IMG/VR virus record: IMGVR_UViG_3300031182_000013
Span: 1 to 33,916 of that record
Direction: 5' to 3' (one strand)
DNA length: 33,916 nucleotides
DNA from: a virus
Taxonomy: Duplodnaviria; Caudoviricetes
A model generated the notes under the pieces. That model ran no database searches and was not told the DNA's origin. It saw only the letters and a program-made list of their open reading frames with translations. Within the stretch, counting starts at the first letter, position 1, and each line of letters starts with the position of its first letter. This document shows, piece by piece, positions 16,130 through 25,779 of this stretch. Position numbers and translations under genes: made by a program.

Positions 16130-16577
16130 CACGTGGGTTGAGAAGCTGATCAGGCAGTATTCGGCGGGTGTTCGGGATCTGGAGCAGTATCGCCGATCCC
16201 TCGACCGGTCCAACCCGGACGAGGCTGACGAATCCCGCACAGTCGCCGGCATGCTGTCGGACATGCGTTACTCGCTGGACTGGATGCGCCGCGGCCGGCG
16301 GCCAGGGAGCCGGAAGGGAGCAGAGCGGCGGGATATCTACCGGCGGCGTGAGCTGTTGCAGAGCGCCGAGCCGATGACGGAAGAGGAGCGGCGGCGCCTG
16401 ATCGATTGCGTGGCCGTGATGACGGAGAGGGAGCTGACTTGTTGGCTCTTGCATATGGCGCACGGGTTGACGTACGCTGAAATTGGTGATAGATTGAAAT
16501 TGTCAAGACGCACCGTTCAGCAGTACGTTGAGCGCGCAAAACAGAAAGTTCTTGACGTGCAAATGACGTGCGTATGA
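16110..16577 (+). CDS. Sigma-70 region 4-type HTH late transcription regulator
   Basis: MTERELTCWLL...GLTYAEIGDRLKLSRRTVQQYVERAKQK; last gene of the early region, ahead of packaging. Confidence 0.85.
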   Translation: MIREDTDTWVEKLIRQYSAGVRDLEQYRRSLDRSNPDEADESRTVAGMLSDMRYSLDWMRRGRRPGSRKGAERRDIYRRRELLQSAEPMTEEERRRLIDCVAVMTERELTCWLLHMAHGLTYAEIGDRLKLSRRTVQQYVERAKQKVLDVQMTCV

Positions 16578-16593
16578 CGTGCAGATGACGTAC
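16553..16593 (+). repeat. Four TGACGT(G/A)C direct repeats at exact 11-bp period; probable late-activator binding sites
   Basis: Copies start at 16553, 16564, 16575 and 16586. Confidence 0.75.
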
Positions 16594-16612
16594 AATTTGA
16601 CAGTGCCATTAG

Positions 16613-16639
16613 TGCGCCCTTTTTCAGGGGCGCATTTTT
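16613..16639 (+). terminator. Intrinsic terminator after the late regulator
   Basis: TGCGCCCTT-loop-AGGGGCGCA followed by TTTTT. Confidence 0.6.
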
Positions 16640-16777
16640 GATTGCGAGAGTCCTGGCTGACTTGCTGGGGCTCTTTTCTCATTTTCCGCCGCGTCGCGGG
16701 GCCTGACCAGCCCTCTCCTCACCGGGACCGGACCGGTGCGGGGCGGCTTCCGGGGTATGATAAAAGAAAGCGGCCCA

Positions 16778-17197
16778 TCAGGACCGCTTTTCTGCGATAC
16801 CCAATTTCTCCTTGAGTGCATACTGCAGCACCTGGGAGAAGTTGATCCCGGCTTTCTCCGCTTCATCGTTGAGCCATTTGGGGATGGTGAGGGTTTTCTT
16901 GATTGCCCGTTGATTCATCTTGTCCCTGAACGGCGGCATCCAGACTTCGATCATGACGATGTACTCGTTTGGGTCAAGATCGGCCTGAACGTCGCGGACC
17001 GACGAAGGCGCGGGAATGTCGTCGCCGTCTTCTTCCATGCCGTAGAGGTGCAGGGCCAGCGCTTCTTTGGCGTTGAGAACTGCTTCTTCTTCGTTGTCTC
17101 CGGCGGAGATGCAGCCTGGGAGATCCGGGAAGTAGACACCAATTGAACCATCTTCGCCGATTTCAAACACGGCCGGGAACAGGTATCTGTCTTTCAT
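16778..17197 (-). CDS. hicB: HicB antitoxin
   Basis: YLFPAVF...VYFPDLPGCISAGDNEEEAVLNAKEALALHL; C-terminal RHH KKTLTIPKWL...INFSQVLQ. Confidence 0.95.
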   Translation of the reverse strand: MKDRYLFPAVFEIGEDGSIGVYFPDLPGCISAGDNEEEAVLNAKEALALHLYGMEEDGDDIPAPSSVRDVQADLDPNEYIVMIEVWMPPFRDKMNQRAIKKTLTIPKWLNDEAEKAGINFSQVLQYALKEKLGIAEKRS

Positions 17198-17229
17198 GCT
17201 GATGTATCCTCCTTTTGCAAGCCGGCCGG

Positions 17230-17424
17230 TTATTCCCAGCCAGCTTGCTTGAATATGGATTTTAGGGTTTTGGGCGGGATGTCTTTGGTCGGGTGCTTTA
17301 CTGTGACTCGCCCTTTTTTGGTCGGGTGTTTGAACTGGTGATGGCTTCCCTCGGTATTGACGAGGTACCAGCCGTCATCTTTCAGCATTTTGATGATTTC
17401 CCTTGACGAATACCTTTTTGGCAT
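17230..17424 (-). CDS. hicA: HicA toxin (mRNA interferase)
   Basis: SREIIKMLKDDGW...EGSHHQFKHPTKKGRVTVKHP.KDI...TLKSIFKQAG; AAAGGAGGT RBS, ATG at 17424. Confidence 0.95.
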   Translation of the reverse strand: MPKRYSSREIIKMLKDDGWYLVNTEGSHHQFKHPTKKGRVTVKHPTKDIPPKTLKSIFKQAGWE

Positions 17425-17448
17425 TTCCCCGACCTCCTTTGCAATTTC

Positions 17449-17477
17449 ATTATAACACGTGTTATTATACGTGTCAA
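17449..17477 (-). promoter_or_regulatory. Consensus sigma-A promoter of hicAB with overlapping palindromic operator
   Basis: TTGACA (17477-17472), 17-bp spacer, TGnTATAAT (hexamer 17454-17449); palindrome ATAACACGTGTTAT 17452-17465. Confidence 0.85.
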
Positions 17478-17521
17478 TAGTTTTTACGTATTTTTGCACG
17501 TGTTTTTAGGTAGGTGATGCT

Positions 17522-17818
17522 ATGGCGCGATTCCCTCAAGTGTACCGCATGGCAGAATGGCAACGGGTCAGGGAATACGTCATCCAGCGTGCGCAGGGGC
17601 TCTGTGAGGAGTGCATGCGCCAGGGACGCGTGGAGGCCGGCACGGAGGTTGACCACATCCAGCCGCTGACCGAAAGCAACTGGCGGGACTGGAACATCGC
17701 GTACAACCCGGACAACTTGCAGCTGCTGTGCAGAGAGTGCCATGCGGCGAGGCATGGTGGTGATTCGGGCTTGAGTCGTTTCATCGATCCGGTGCCGGTA
17801 GCGAACAGCCGCACCTAG
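17522..17818 (+). CDS. HNH endonuclease (terminase-associated, gp74-like)
   Basis: LCEEC...EVDHIQPL...NLQLLCRECHAARH; immediately upstream of terS. Confidence 0.92.
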   Translation: MARFPQVYRMAEWQRVREYVIQRAQGLCEECMRQGRVEAGTEVDHIQPLTESNWRDWNIAYNPDNLQLLCRECHAARHGGDSGLSRFIDPVPVANSRT

Positions 17819-17930
17819 CCCCCCCCCTTTCGAAAAATGAGGTTGCGGAAATCCGTGACCGGCGCCGGACCCAATTATTCGCTCGCGGGTCGCGCGTATA
17901 CGACCCCCGGGGTCTCGACTGATCGTCGAG
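17819..17930. other. Probable cos site region
   Basis: Between HNH and terS; C-run followed by the GC-rich palindrome CCGGCGCCGG; positional inference only. Confidence 0.4.
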
Positions 17931-17963
17931 GCCCTTTTTGATGCCTGAAAAGGAGGTGGTTTT

Positions 17964-18353
17964 TTGGCGAAAAAATCCCGACGTACAAGGATTTCGGCCG
18001 AAGAGCAGCGGCTTCGCGAAATTTTGGCCGGGATGCCGGAAGATATGCTCCGTCTGGTAGACGGACTCATCCAGCGGGCGGCTTTTCTGAAGGTGGAACT
18101 CGAGGACCTTGAAGCCGACATCAACAAAAACGGCTCCACGGAGGTTTACGAGGGGAAGAATCAGCCTCCGGTCACGCGAATCCGCGCCGCCGCTCAGCAC
18201 TACGACAAGATGGTGCGGGCATACACGACCGTGTGCAAACAGCTGTCCGAACTGGTGACTTCGGCGGGTGCGATCAAAGGAGAGGGGCAGGATGGCGGCG
18301 AGCAAAACCCGTTCGAGGCGCTCGTCCAAAGCCGCATGCGCCGGGTTAAGTAA
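17964..18353 (+). CDS. Terminase small subunit
   Basis: AAAGGAGGTG RBS with TTG start; LIQRAAFLKVELEDLEADINKNG; between HNH and terL. Confidence 0.85.
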   Translation: MAKKSRRTRISAEEQRLREILAGMPEDMLRLVDGLIQRAAFLKVELEDLEADINKNGSTEVYEGKNQPPVTRIRAAAQHYDKMVRAYTTVCKQLSELVTSAGAIKGEGQDGGEQNPFEALVQSRMRRVK

Positions 18354-20088
18354 ACTGCCGAAGTACATCCAGGACTGGCACGATTACGTCGATGCACATC
18401 CGGAGAGATTCGGCGAGGACATCCGCAAACTGAAGCGGATGATCGAGGAGCTGCTGGCCCGAGGTGATGTCTGGTACGATCCGACCGATGTCGACGCATT
18501 CGTCGAGTTCTGCCGTCTCCTCCGGCACAAGGAAGGCCGCTGGGCCGGACAACCGCTGGAGCTGTCCCAGGAACAAAAATACATCGTTGCCTGTGTTCTC
18601 GGAATCAAATGGCATGATCCTGAGCTGGACATGGTCGTCCGGTATTTCCGGGAGCTGGTGTTGTTTGTCGCCCGCAAATGGGGAAAGTCGACGTTCATCA
18701 GCGCATTGGCGGCCTATATGCTCATGCTGGACGGCGAACAAGCGGCGCAGGTCTGGTGTCTTGCAACGGTGAAAAGCCAAGCGGCCATCGTTTATGAGAA
18801 TACGAAGGCGATGCTCCAATCCAGTCCGTACCTGACGCCACCAGACAACCCGCGGCGGTATTGGAAAACGAAGCGGGATCGTGACAACGCCGAGATGCTG
18901 CTGTTCCCGGCTACGAACAGCATGATGAAGCCGGGAGGTCGAAACAGCCAAAACCAGGACGGTTTGAACCCGCACAGTTACATCATCGACGAGCTGCATG
19001 CCATAACCGACCGAAACACGTATGACGTGTTCACATCGGCTACCGGTGCCAGGGCGCAGCCGCTCGGTATCATCATCAGCACGTTCGGCTTCGTGCGCGA
19101 AGGCATCTTCGACTCAGTGCTTGAGCGGTGCGAGAAACGCCTTAATGGAGAGAGCGATGAACGGTTGTTCCCGATGATTTTCCGCATCGACAAGGACGAT
19201 GATCCGACGGACGAGCGGTGCTGGATCAAGGCAAACCCTGGGATTCCGGAAGGTCGGCCGACGATGCGGTATCTGCGGGAGGAATTTGCGAAGACACAAG
19301 CAGACCCGTCGATGTGGCCGAGTTTTCTGACGAAACATCTGAACCGGGCAGCCAGCACGGCGGTCGCCTACTTCGACCTGCATACTGTCGATCAGTGCGC
19401 GGCGGATATGTCGCTTGACATGCTCCGTGACAAATACGCGGTAGGGGGCGTCGACCTGGCCGAGACAACAGACCTGTGCTGCGCGACGGCGCTGGTTCCA
19501 TTCGGCGGAAAGCTCCACCTGTTCCAACGGTATTTCATCGCTCGGAACCGGTTGGAGCAAAACAGCAAGCGGGACCAGATGGCATACGAGGCGTTCACCC
19601 GGACAGGCGCCAGCGACCCGCTGAACGACAAACTTCTCCATATCTCAGAGGGTAGCCTGGTCAGCCGGAAAGACGTGGCCGCATGGTTCGAAATGTTGGC
19701 CCGGGAATATGGCGTCGTTTTCTGGAAAATCGGCGCCGACCGCTGGCACTTCGGAGATTTTGCCGAGGAAATGGAGATGCGGGGCTTCCCGCGGGAAGAA
19801 AAGGACGGCCGCGGCGTCGTGTTCGAGGTGGCGCAGGGGCCGCAAACTTTGTCCAGCCCCATGAAGGAAACCCGAGCCATGTTCAAGGATCAGCTGGTCG
19901 TGTTCAGCCGGCACAACGGATTGTTCCGCTGGTGTGTCACGAACACGGCCGCCAGGGTGGACGCCAACAACAACGTGGCGCCGGACAAAAAGTCCAGCAA
20001 GGCACGTATTGACGGATACACGTCTTTCCTGAACTCCTATGTAGCATATCTCCGATGCAAAGACGACTTTGCCATGTATCAGCCATGA
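18292..20088 (+). CDS. Terminase large subunit
   Basis: Walker A VARKWGKST, Walker B YIIDELH, coupling motif IIIST, nuclease GGVDLAETTD and ARIDG; start uncertain. Confidence 0.95.
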   Translation: MAASKTRSRRSSKAACAGLSKLPKYIQDWHDYVDAHPERFGEDIRKLKRMIEELLARGDVWYDPTDVDAFVEFCRLLRHKEGRWAGQPLELSQEQKYIVACVLGIKWHDPELDMVVRYFRELVLFVARKWGKSTFISALAAYMLMLDGEQAAQVWCLATVKSQAAIVYENTKAMLQSSPYLTPPDNPRRYWKTKRDRDNAEMLLFPATNSMMKPGGRNSQNQDGLNPHSYIIDELHAITDRNTYDVFTSATGARAQPLGIIISTFGFVREGIFDSVLERCEKRLNGESDERLFPMIFRIDKDDDPTDERCWIKANPGIPEGRPTMRYLREEFAKTQADPSMWPSFLTKHLNRAASTAVAYFDLHTVDQCAADMSLDMLRDKYAVGGVDLAETTDLCCATALVPFGGKLHLFQRYFIARNRLEQNSKRDQMAYEAFTRTGASDPLNDKLLHISEGSLVSRKDVAAWFEMLAREYGVVFWKIGADRWHFGDFAEEMEMRGFPREEKDGRGVVFEVAQGPQTLSSPMKETRAMFKDQLVVFSRHNGLFRWCVTNTAARVDANNNVAPDKKSSKARIDGYTSFLNSYVAYLRCKDDFAMYQP

Positions 20089-20109
20089 GCCGCCCGATTG
20101 GGCGGTTTT
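20088..20109 (+). terminator. Hairpin/terminator between terL and portal
   Basis: AGCCGCCC-GATT-GGGCGGTT followed by TT. Confidence 0.5.
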
Positions 20110-20136
20110 CTGTTGCGCTTGAGAGGTGGTGAGTAT

Positions 20137-21306
20137 GTGAGCTGGATCAATCGAATTTTCAACAGGCGAGCCGATACGGTGATGCGCGTGAAGCTCATCA
20201 CGGACCATGGAGGATGGTATCGCACCTGGGATGGATCGCTGTACAAAAGCGACATTGTTCGGGCTGCAATCCGGCCGAAGGCGAAAGCCATCGGAAAGCT
20301 GGCCGCTATGCACATACGGGAGGCAGCGGGGCAGATGCAGATCAACCCGGAGCCGTACCTGCGGATGCTTTTGGAGGAGCCGAATCCGTACAGCGGCGGG
20401 CAAGTGTTCCGGGAGAGGTTGGCGACACTCCTCCAGCTGAACAACAACGCATTCGTCCAGATCATCCGAGATCCGGACGGGATGCCCGCGCAGCTGTACA
20501 TCATCCCGGCGGCGACGGCCGAAGCGGTGGTAAAGCCCGATGGTCAGCTATGGATGAGGTTCCACTTGACGGGCGGCAAACGGCTCGAACTGCCCTATTC
20601 GGACATCATCCATCTGCGCGATGAATATGCCGAGTCCGACGTTTTCGGCGCACCCAAAGCCGAGGCGCTCAAGCAGTTGATGGAAGTGATCAGCGCATCG
20701 GACCAGAGCATCGTGCAGGCCGTCAAGCGGTCCGCTTTCATTCGCTGGCTGCTGAAATTCAAACAGCAGCTCAAGCCCGACGATATGCGGCGAAACGTCG
20801 AAGAGTTTTCGGAGCAGTATTTGAGCCTTGAAAACGAAACCGGCATCCTGCCGCAAGACGGTCGGTTTGACGTGGAGCCGCTGAGGGACACGGGGCAGCA
20901 GTATGTTCCTCCTACGCAGATGCAAAAACAGGCTGTGGAGAGGATCTACAGCTTTTTCCGCGTGAACGAGGCCATCGTCAAGGCGACCTATGATGAAAAC
21001 GAATGGCTCGCCTACTTCGAGGCCGAGATTGCCCCTCTGGCCCAACAGATGAGCGAGGAATTCACGCGCAAGTTGTTCTCCCGGCGTGAGCGCGGCTTCG
21101 GAAATCGCATCGTGTTCGATGCTACGTCGCTGACGTTTGCGAGCATGCAGACCAAGCTCGGGCTGGTGCAGATGGTCGACCGCGGCGCATTGACACCAAA
21201 TGAATGGCGGCGGATCCTCAACCTTCCGCCGATCCCGGGCGGCGATCAGCCCATCCGGCGGCTCGATACCGACGTGGTCGACGCGGCCGAAGGAGGTGAG
21301 AATTGA
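20137..21306 (+). CDS. Portal protein (HK97 type)
   Basis: LLEEPNPY, NNNAFV, DIIHLR, GALTPNEWRRILNLPPIPGGD; GTG start. Confidence 0.93.
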   Translation: MSWINRIFNRRADTVMRVKLITDHGGWYRTWDGSLYKSDIVRAAIRPKAKAIGKLAAMHIREAAGQMQINPEPYLRMLLEEPNPYSGGQVFRERLATLLQLNNNAFVQIIRDPDGMPAQLYIIPAATAEAVVKPDGQLWMRFHLTGGKRLELPYSDIIHLRDEYAESDVFGAPKAEALKQLMEVISASDQSIVQAVKRSAFIRWLLKFKQQLKPDDMRRNVEEFSEQYLSLENETGILPQDGRFDVEPLRDTGQQYVPPTQMQKQAVERIYSFFRVNEAIVKATYDENEWLAYFEAEIAPLAQQMSEEFTRKLFSRRERGFGNRIVFDATSLTFASMQTKLGLVQMVDRGALTPNEWRRILNLPPIPGGDQPIRRLDTDVVDAAEGGEN

Positions 21307-22061
21307 TGGCGAGATTTTGGCAGTTTTTTTCGAAGTCTGACAGCGATGTGGAACTGCGAATCGATGGCGAGATCGTCGATGACGACGACAGCTGGATCTA
21401 TGAGTGGTTGGGCATTAATCATGCGGCGCCAAACACATTCCGCCGGGAGTTGTCCGAGCACAGGGGCAAGAATCTGACCGTCTGGATCGACAGCATTGGT
21501 GGAGTCGTATGGGCCGCAGCCGGCATTTACAACGCCCTGAAAGAGCACAAGGGCAAAGTGACCGTCAAGATCGACGGCAAAGCACTCTCCGCGGCGTCCA
21601 TCATCGCGATGGCGGGCGATGAGGTCTTGATGTCGCCGGCGGCTGTGATGATGATCCACAACCCCTGGGTCCGTGCAGCGGGGGATGCCGCAGAGCTCCG
21701 GCACGTGGCTGGTGTGCTGGACGAGATCAAGGCGGCCATTGTAAATGCCTATGAACTCAAAACGGGCCGGCCACGTGACGAGATTTCGCGCCTCATGGAC
21801 GAGGAGACCTGGATGAGCGCCCAAAAGGCGGTCGAGCTCGGATTCGCTGACGGCATCCTCTACACGGACGGAGCCAGCGAACCGGCGGACGCCAGAGCGG
21901 CGCCGGCGTATGCGTTCAGCCGGCTGGCGGTCCAAATGAAAGCCGACGCAGCGATGCGCCGGCTTTTTGATTTGGCCCGAGAACAACGGGCCGCAAACAA
22001 TCTCAAGCTCCAGATGGAGCTCATCAAACTGAGGGAGGTTCGAGAAGAAGATGAATCGTAA
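21303..22061 (+). CDS. ClpP-type head maturation protease
   Basis: IDSIGG, DGKALSAASIIAMAGD, MMIHNP, ETWMSAQKAVELGFAD. Confidence 0.93.
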   Translation: MMARFWQFFSKSDSDVELRIDGEIVDDDDSWIYEWLGINHAAPNTFRRELSEHRGKNLTVWIDSIGGVVWAAAGIYNALKEHKGKVTVKIDGKALSAASIIAMAGDEVLMSPAAVMMIHNPWVRAAGDAAELRHVAGVLDEIKAAIVNAYELKTGRPRDEISRLMDEETWMSAQKAVELGFADGILYTDGASEPADARAAPAYAFSRLAVQMKADAAMRRLFDLAREQRAANNLKLQMELIKLREVREEDES

Positions 22062-23295
22062 GGAATACGTCGAAAAACGGAAAGCTCTGGTGGCTGAGGC
22101 CGAAGCCTACGCCGCTGAAGGAATCGTCGAGAAGTTCAACCAGGTAAAGGCGCAGATCGAAGAGCTGGACCGCGCCTATCAGGAGGCGGTGGTCGCCCGG
22201 GCGAATGCCCGCGCGCTGAAGGACCAGCTGGCTGATCTGCGGGCCGGAATGGTGTCCGGGGTGGTGCATGATGACGTGCCGGCACCGGGCAGTCAAGGCC
22301 GTGTTATCGACCGCATGGATGACCAACCGCAGCGCGTCATCACTCGCTGGGGCTTCGCGGCATCGCCGGAACGCGGCCGTGACCTGAAAGCCATGAATGC
22401 CGTGAAGCTCACGACCGAAGGCGTGCTGGTGCCGACCAGGTACGGCACGGACATGATGCCGGCGTGGAATGAAGTGTCGTCGCTCGTCGATCTGGTTCGC
22501 ATCTTCCCGCGGCTCGGTGGCGAAGCCTTCGAGCGGTCCTATGTCCGTGGCTACGGCGAAGGCGCCGAAGTGGCGGATGACGCCGACTATCACGAATCCG
22601 ACACGGAATTTGGGTTCGTGACCATCAACAAGAGCAAGGTCACGGTCTACACGGAAGAAGATGAAGGCGTCCTGAAGCTACCGGACATCGACTACGACGC
22701 CGAAGTGGTCAATGGTGTGCGGATCGCGCTGCGCAAGCGTATTGCTCGGCAGATTCTGATCGGTTCGGGCGCGAACAACAAGATCACCGGCATCTTCGCC
22801 AGCAACTATTCGAGCCAGAATCCCAAAGCCGGCGCGATCGACCCGTCGACGGACATGCAACTGGCGACGATCGACGAGGGCACGCTGGACGAGATCATTT
22901 TCAGCTACGGCGGCGAGGAAGACGTCGAGAGCGGCGCGGTCTTGATCCTGAACAAGTCCGACCTCAAGGCATTCGCAAAGCTCCGCGACGGTAACGGCAA
23001 CCGGATCCACACGATCAGCTACAACGGCAACACCGGGCTGATTGACGGCATCCCGTTCATCATCAACAGCGCCTGCGGCGTGCTGTCTGGTGGCACCACG
23101 GCGCCTGACACCTACTGCATGGCTTATGGCCACCTGAGCAACTACGGCCTGGCGATCTTCAGCGAAATCGACATCCAGCGGAGCACCGATTACAAGTTCC
23201 GCAGCGGCCAAGTGGCGCACCGCGGCTCTGTCTACGTCGGTGGCAACGTGATCAAATGGAACGGCTTCGTGCGGGTCAAGAAGGCTACCTCGTGA
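22051..23295 (+). CDS. Major capsid protein (HK97 fold)
   Basis: N-terminal coiled-coil delta domain, EGVLVP, QILIGSG...TGI, LRDGNGN; follows the protease. Confidence 0.93.
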   Translation: MNRKEYVEKRKALVAEAEAYAAEGIVEKFNQVKAQIEELDRAYQEAVVARANARALKDQLADLRAGMVSGVVHDDVPAPGSQGRVIDRMDDQPQRVITRWGFAASPERGRDLKAMNAVKLTTEGVLVPTRYGTDMMPAWNEVSSLVDLVRIFPRLGGEAFERSYVRGYGEGAEVADDADYHESDTEFGFVTINKSKVTVYTEEDEGVLKLPDIDYDAEVVNGVRIALRKRIARQILIGSGANNKITGIFASNYSSQNPKAGAIDPSTDMQLATIDEGTLDEIIFSYGGEEDVESGAVLILNKSDLKAFAKLRDGNGNRIHTISYNGNTGLIDGIPFIINSACGVLSGGTTAPDTYCMAYGHLSNYGLAIFSEIDIQRSTDYKFRSGQVAHRGSVYVGGNVIKWNGFVRVKKATS

Positions 23296-23312
23296 TGGGG
23301 CGTGAATGCCCG

Positions 23313-23540
23313 ATGATGTACAAAACGAGGCGGTCCTTCGTGGACCCGTTCACGGGCCGGCTCCACTTGCGCGGGAAGCCGTACCAGGTGACCGATGAGC
23401 GGCAAGCCGACTATCTCGAACGTCACGGCCTCATCGAGCGTGTGGACAAGGCCTCGGCTGTGAAATCTGCCGAGGCCGATACGTCGAATGAGGAGCCGAA
23501 GCGTCGGAAGCGAGGCGGTAGCCGTGGCACTGATCGATGA
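23313..23540 (+). CDS. Small head-associated hypothetical protein
   Basis: Fills the gap between capsid and connector genes; YQVTDERQADYLERHGLIE; basic tail. Confidence 0.65.
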   Translation: MMYKTRRSFVDPFTGRLHLRGKPYQVTDERQADYLERHGLIERVDKASAVKSAEADTSNEEPKRRKRGGSRGTDR

Positions 23541-23814
23541 TGTCAAGGCGGCTCTCCGCGTCGACGGCAATGATCATGACGGCGAGCTGTCCGACCTGAT
23601 CGCCGCCGCCCAGGCTGACCTGACACTCAGCGGCGTCGACCCGGACAAGGCCCGCGATGAAACAGATCCGCTGATCAAACGAGCTGTCATCGCCTATGTC
23701 AGGGCTCATTTTGAGTGGGACCATCCCAACACCGAGCGCCTTCAGACGGCCTATGACATGATCAAGGCTCACCTTTCTCTTTCCGGAGACTACCGCGCGC
23801 CGGGTGGTGGATAA
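23524..23814 (+). CDS. Head-tail connector (gp6-like)
   Basis: LIDDVKAALRVDGNDHDGELSDLIAAA...DPLIKRAVIAYV. Confidence 0.88.
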   Translation: MALIDDVKAALRVDGNDHDGELSDLIAAAQADLTLSGVDPDKARDETDPLIKRAVIAYVRAHFEWDHPNTERLQTAYDMIKAHLSLSGDYRAPGGG

Positions 23815-23816
23815 TC

Positions 23817-24149
23817 ATGGCATTTCAGATGAGCATGCTTCGTCACCGCGTCGAAATCGGACGGTACACCTCCGGCAAAGATCAATTCGGCAACCAACTG
23901 CCGAAACAGTGGCAACCCGTTTGCACCGTTTGGGCCGCCGTGGAGGCTCTCACCGGGCGCCTTCGCTTCGAATCAATGCAGACGGCGGAGCAGTCCGACC
24001 ATCGCGTGACGATCCGCTGGCGCCGCGGGGTTGAGCCGGGGATGATTGTTCACCACGACGGCCGTGAGTTCACTGTTCAAGCTGTTCTGGACCGGGATGG
24101 TCGCCGCCGCTGGCTGACGTTGCTCTGTAAGGAGGTGCGCCCGGCATGA
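23817..24149 (+). CDS. Head closure / head-tail adaptor (SPP1 gp16-like)
   Basis: LRHRVEI...DQFGN...W...TVWAAV..LTGR...HRVTIRW. Confidence 0.88.
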   Translation: MAFQMSMLRHRVEIGRYTSGKDQFGNQLPKQWQPVCTVWAAVEALTGRLRFESMQTAEQSDHRVTIRWRRGVEPGMIVHHDGREFTVQAVLDRDGRRRWLTLLCKEVRPA

Positions 24150-24577
24150 GGATGAAGGTCCGAGTGAAAGGCATGGAGGAAATTAGCGCGCACCTGAACA
24201 TGATGCCGCGGGAAGTGTCGGGCGCGCATCTTCGGGAGGTGGCACTGGAAGGCGCCGAGGTGATACGGGCTGAGGCCGAAAAGAACGCGCGGGAACGGAA
24301 GGTCACCGGGACGCTTGCCGGCGACATCCACGCCGAGATCGCGAAAGAGAGCGTCGGCAGCCGCGTGGTCGTCCAGATCGGCCCGGGCAAAAAAGGCTGG
24401 TACGGTCGCCTCGTGGAGATGGGGCACGCCATCGTGCGCGGTACCCGGAAGGCAGACAGGAAGATCATCGGCCATGTTCCGCCGCATCCGTGGCTCCGGC
24501 CGGCGCTGGACGCGAAAAAGCATGAGGCTCAGGAAGTGATGATCCGGGCCTTCCGCCGGAGGCTGAAGCTGAAATGA
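24146..24577 (+). CDS. HK97 gp10-family tail morphogenesis protein
   Basis: VKGMEE...TGTLAGDI...WYGRLVEMGH...PPHPWLRPALD. Confidence 0.88.
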   Translation: MRMKVRVKGMEEISAHLNMMPREVSGAHLREVALEGAEVIRAEAEKNARERKVTGTLAGDIHAEIAKESVGSRVVVQIGPGKKGWYGRLVEMGHAIVRGTRKADRKIIGHVPPHPWLRPALDAKKHEAQEVMIRAFRRRLKLK

Positions 24578-24975
24578 ACGTCTCGCCCCGGGAAGCCGTA
24601 TATGCGCACCTCATGTCCGACCCGAACATCACCGCACTGGTCGGCGACCGAATCTACCACCAAACGCCGGACCTGGACGCCGCGTATCCGCTGATCGTGC
24701 TCAACACCATCTCAAACGTAAACCGCCGGGACCTCTCGTCGGTTTTTGCGTGCGACACGCGGATCCAGATCACGATCATGGCCGACACGCTCAAAGAGGC
24801 GGAGACCATTTTAGCTACCGTTCGGGCCAGCCTGGATGGTTACAGCGGAATGATGGCCGGGCACCTACCGGTGCTCGCCTGTGTAGTGGACAATTTTTCG
24901 CCGGATTACCTCGAAGACGTTGGGCAAACGCATTATCACGTCGATTTTCTGATAACGCACAAAGGAGTGGTGTGA
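24574..24975 (+). CDS. Tail completion/terminator protein (DUF3168-like)
   Basis: AVYAHL...ITALVGDRIY...YPLIV...RIQITI; position before the tail tube. Confidence 0.82.
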   Translation: MNVSPREAVYAHLMSDPNITALVGDRIYHQTPDLDAAYPLIVLNTISNVNRRDLSSVFACDTRIQITIMADTLKEAETILATVRASLDGYSGMMAGHLPVLACVVDNFSPDYLEDVGQTHYHVDFLITHKGVV

Positions 24976-24976
24976 A

Positions 24977-25399
24977 ATGGCCGAAACGACTGGACTGAGG
25001 ACAAAGTTTTACCGTTCCGAAAACGGAACGACGTGGGAGGAAATCGCACAGGTCGCCTCGATTACGCCGCCGCAGCCCGAGCGTGAAGTGGCCGAGGTCG
25101 ACGAGCTCAACCCGCCGGGGGACGTTCGGAAGAAGCTTCCGGGCATCATTGACCCGGGCGAAGTGACGGTGACGCTGAACTTCGACCCGACGAACGAGGG
25201 GCATCTGGATCTGGAGCAGGATTTTCGTGACGGCGCCGCCATGCACTATCGCATCAAATTGCCCAACGACTGGGGCTGGACATTCCAGGGCATCGTGACC
25301 TCCTACGCGCCGCAAGAAATCGCCTCCGGCGACGTGGTGCAGGCGGAAGTCACGATCACGCTGTCCGGCGTGTATCAATTCGGGGAAATCACGGACTGA
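24977..25399 (+). CDS. Major tail tube protein
   Basis: WEEIAQVASITPP...LPGIIDPGEVTVTLNFDP...WTFQGIVTSY...TITLSG. Confidence 0.88.
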   Translation: MAETTGLRTKFYRSENGTTWEEIAQVASITPPQPEREVAEVDELNPPGDVRKKLPGIIDPGEVTVTLNFDPTNEGHLDLEQDFRDGAAMHYRIKLPNDWGWTFQGIVTSYAPQEIASGDVVQAEVTITLSGVYQFGEITD

Positions 25400-25416
25400 T
25401 GTGAGGAGGACAGAAC

Positions 25417-25779
25417 GTGAGCAAATTTCTGACTCGCGACGCAATCCTGAAAGCTCAGGACCTGCCGACTGAGGTGGTCGAAATTCCAGAATGGAACGGT
25501 GCCGTCATTGTGCGCGGGCTGACCGGCGCCGAGCGTGACGCCTTCGAACAGTCGATTGTGGAAACCCGGGGAAAGAATACCCGCATGAACCTGCGGAACA
25601 TTCGCGCGAAACTGGTCGCGCTGACCGTGGTCGACGAAGACGGGAACCGGATTTTCAGCGATGAGGATGCCGAAGCGCTCGGCAAGAAGTCGGCGGCCGC
25701 GCTCGATCGTGTTTTCGCAGTGGCGCAGCGGCTGTCCGGTCTTCGGCCTGAAGACGTCGAAGAGCTCGCGGGAAACTGA
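25417..25779 (+). CDS. Tail assembly chaperone (gpG-like)
   Basis: Between tail tube and tape measure; ends in GCG GGA AAC TGA containing a slippery heptamer. Confidence 0.85.
   Translation: MSKFLTRDAILKAQDLPTEVVEIPEWNGAVIVRGLTGAERDAFEQSIVETRGKNTRMNLRNIRAKLVALTVVDEDGNRIFSDEDAEALGKKSAAALDRVFAVAQRLSGLRPEDVEELAGN
25770..25776 (+). other. -1 programmed ribosomal frameshift site G GGA AAC
   Basis: X XXY YYZ heptamer right before the stop; -1 frame is open (KLRANPARRFYFRLALALG) and joins ATG 25830. Confidence 0.85.
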
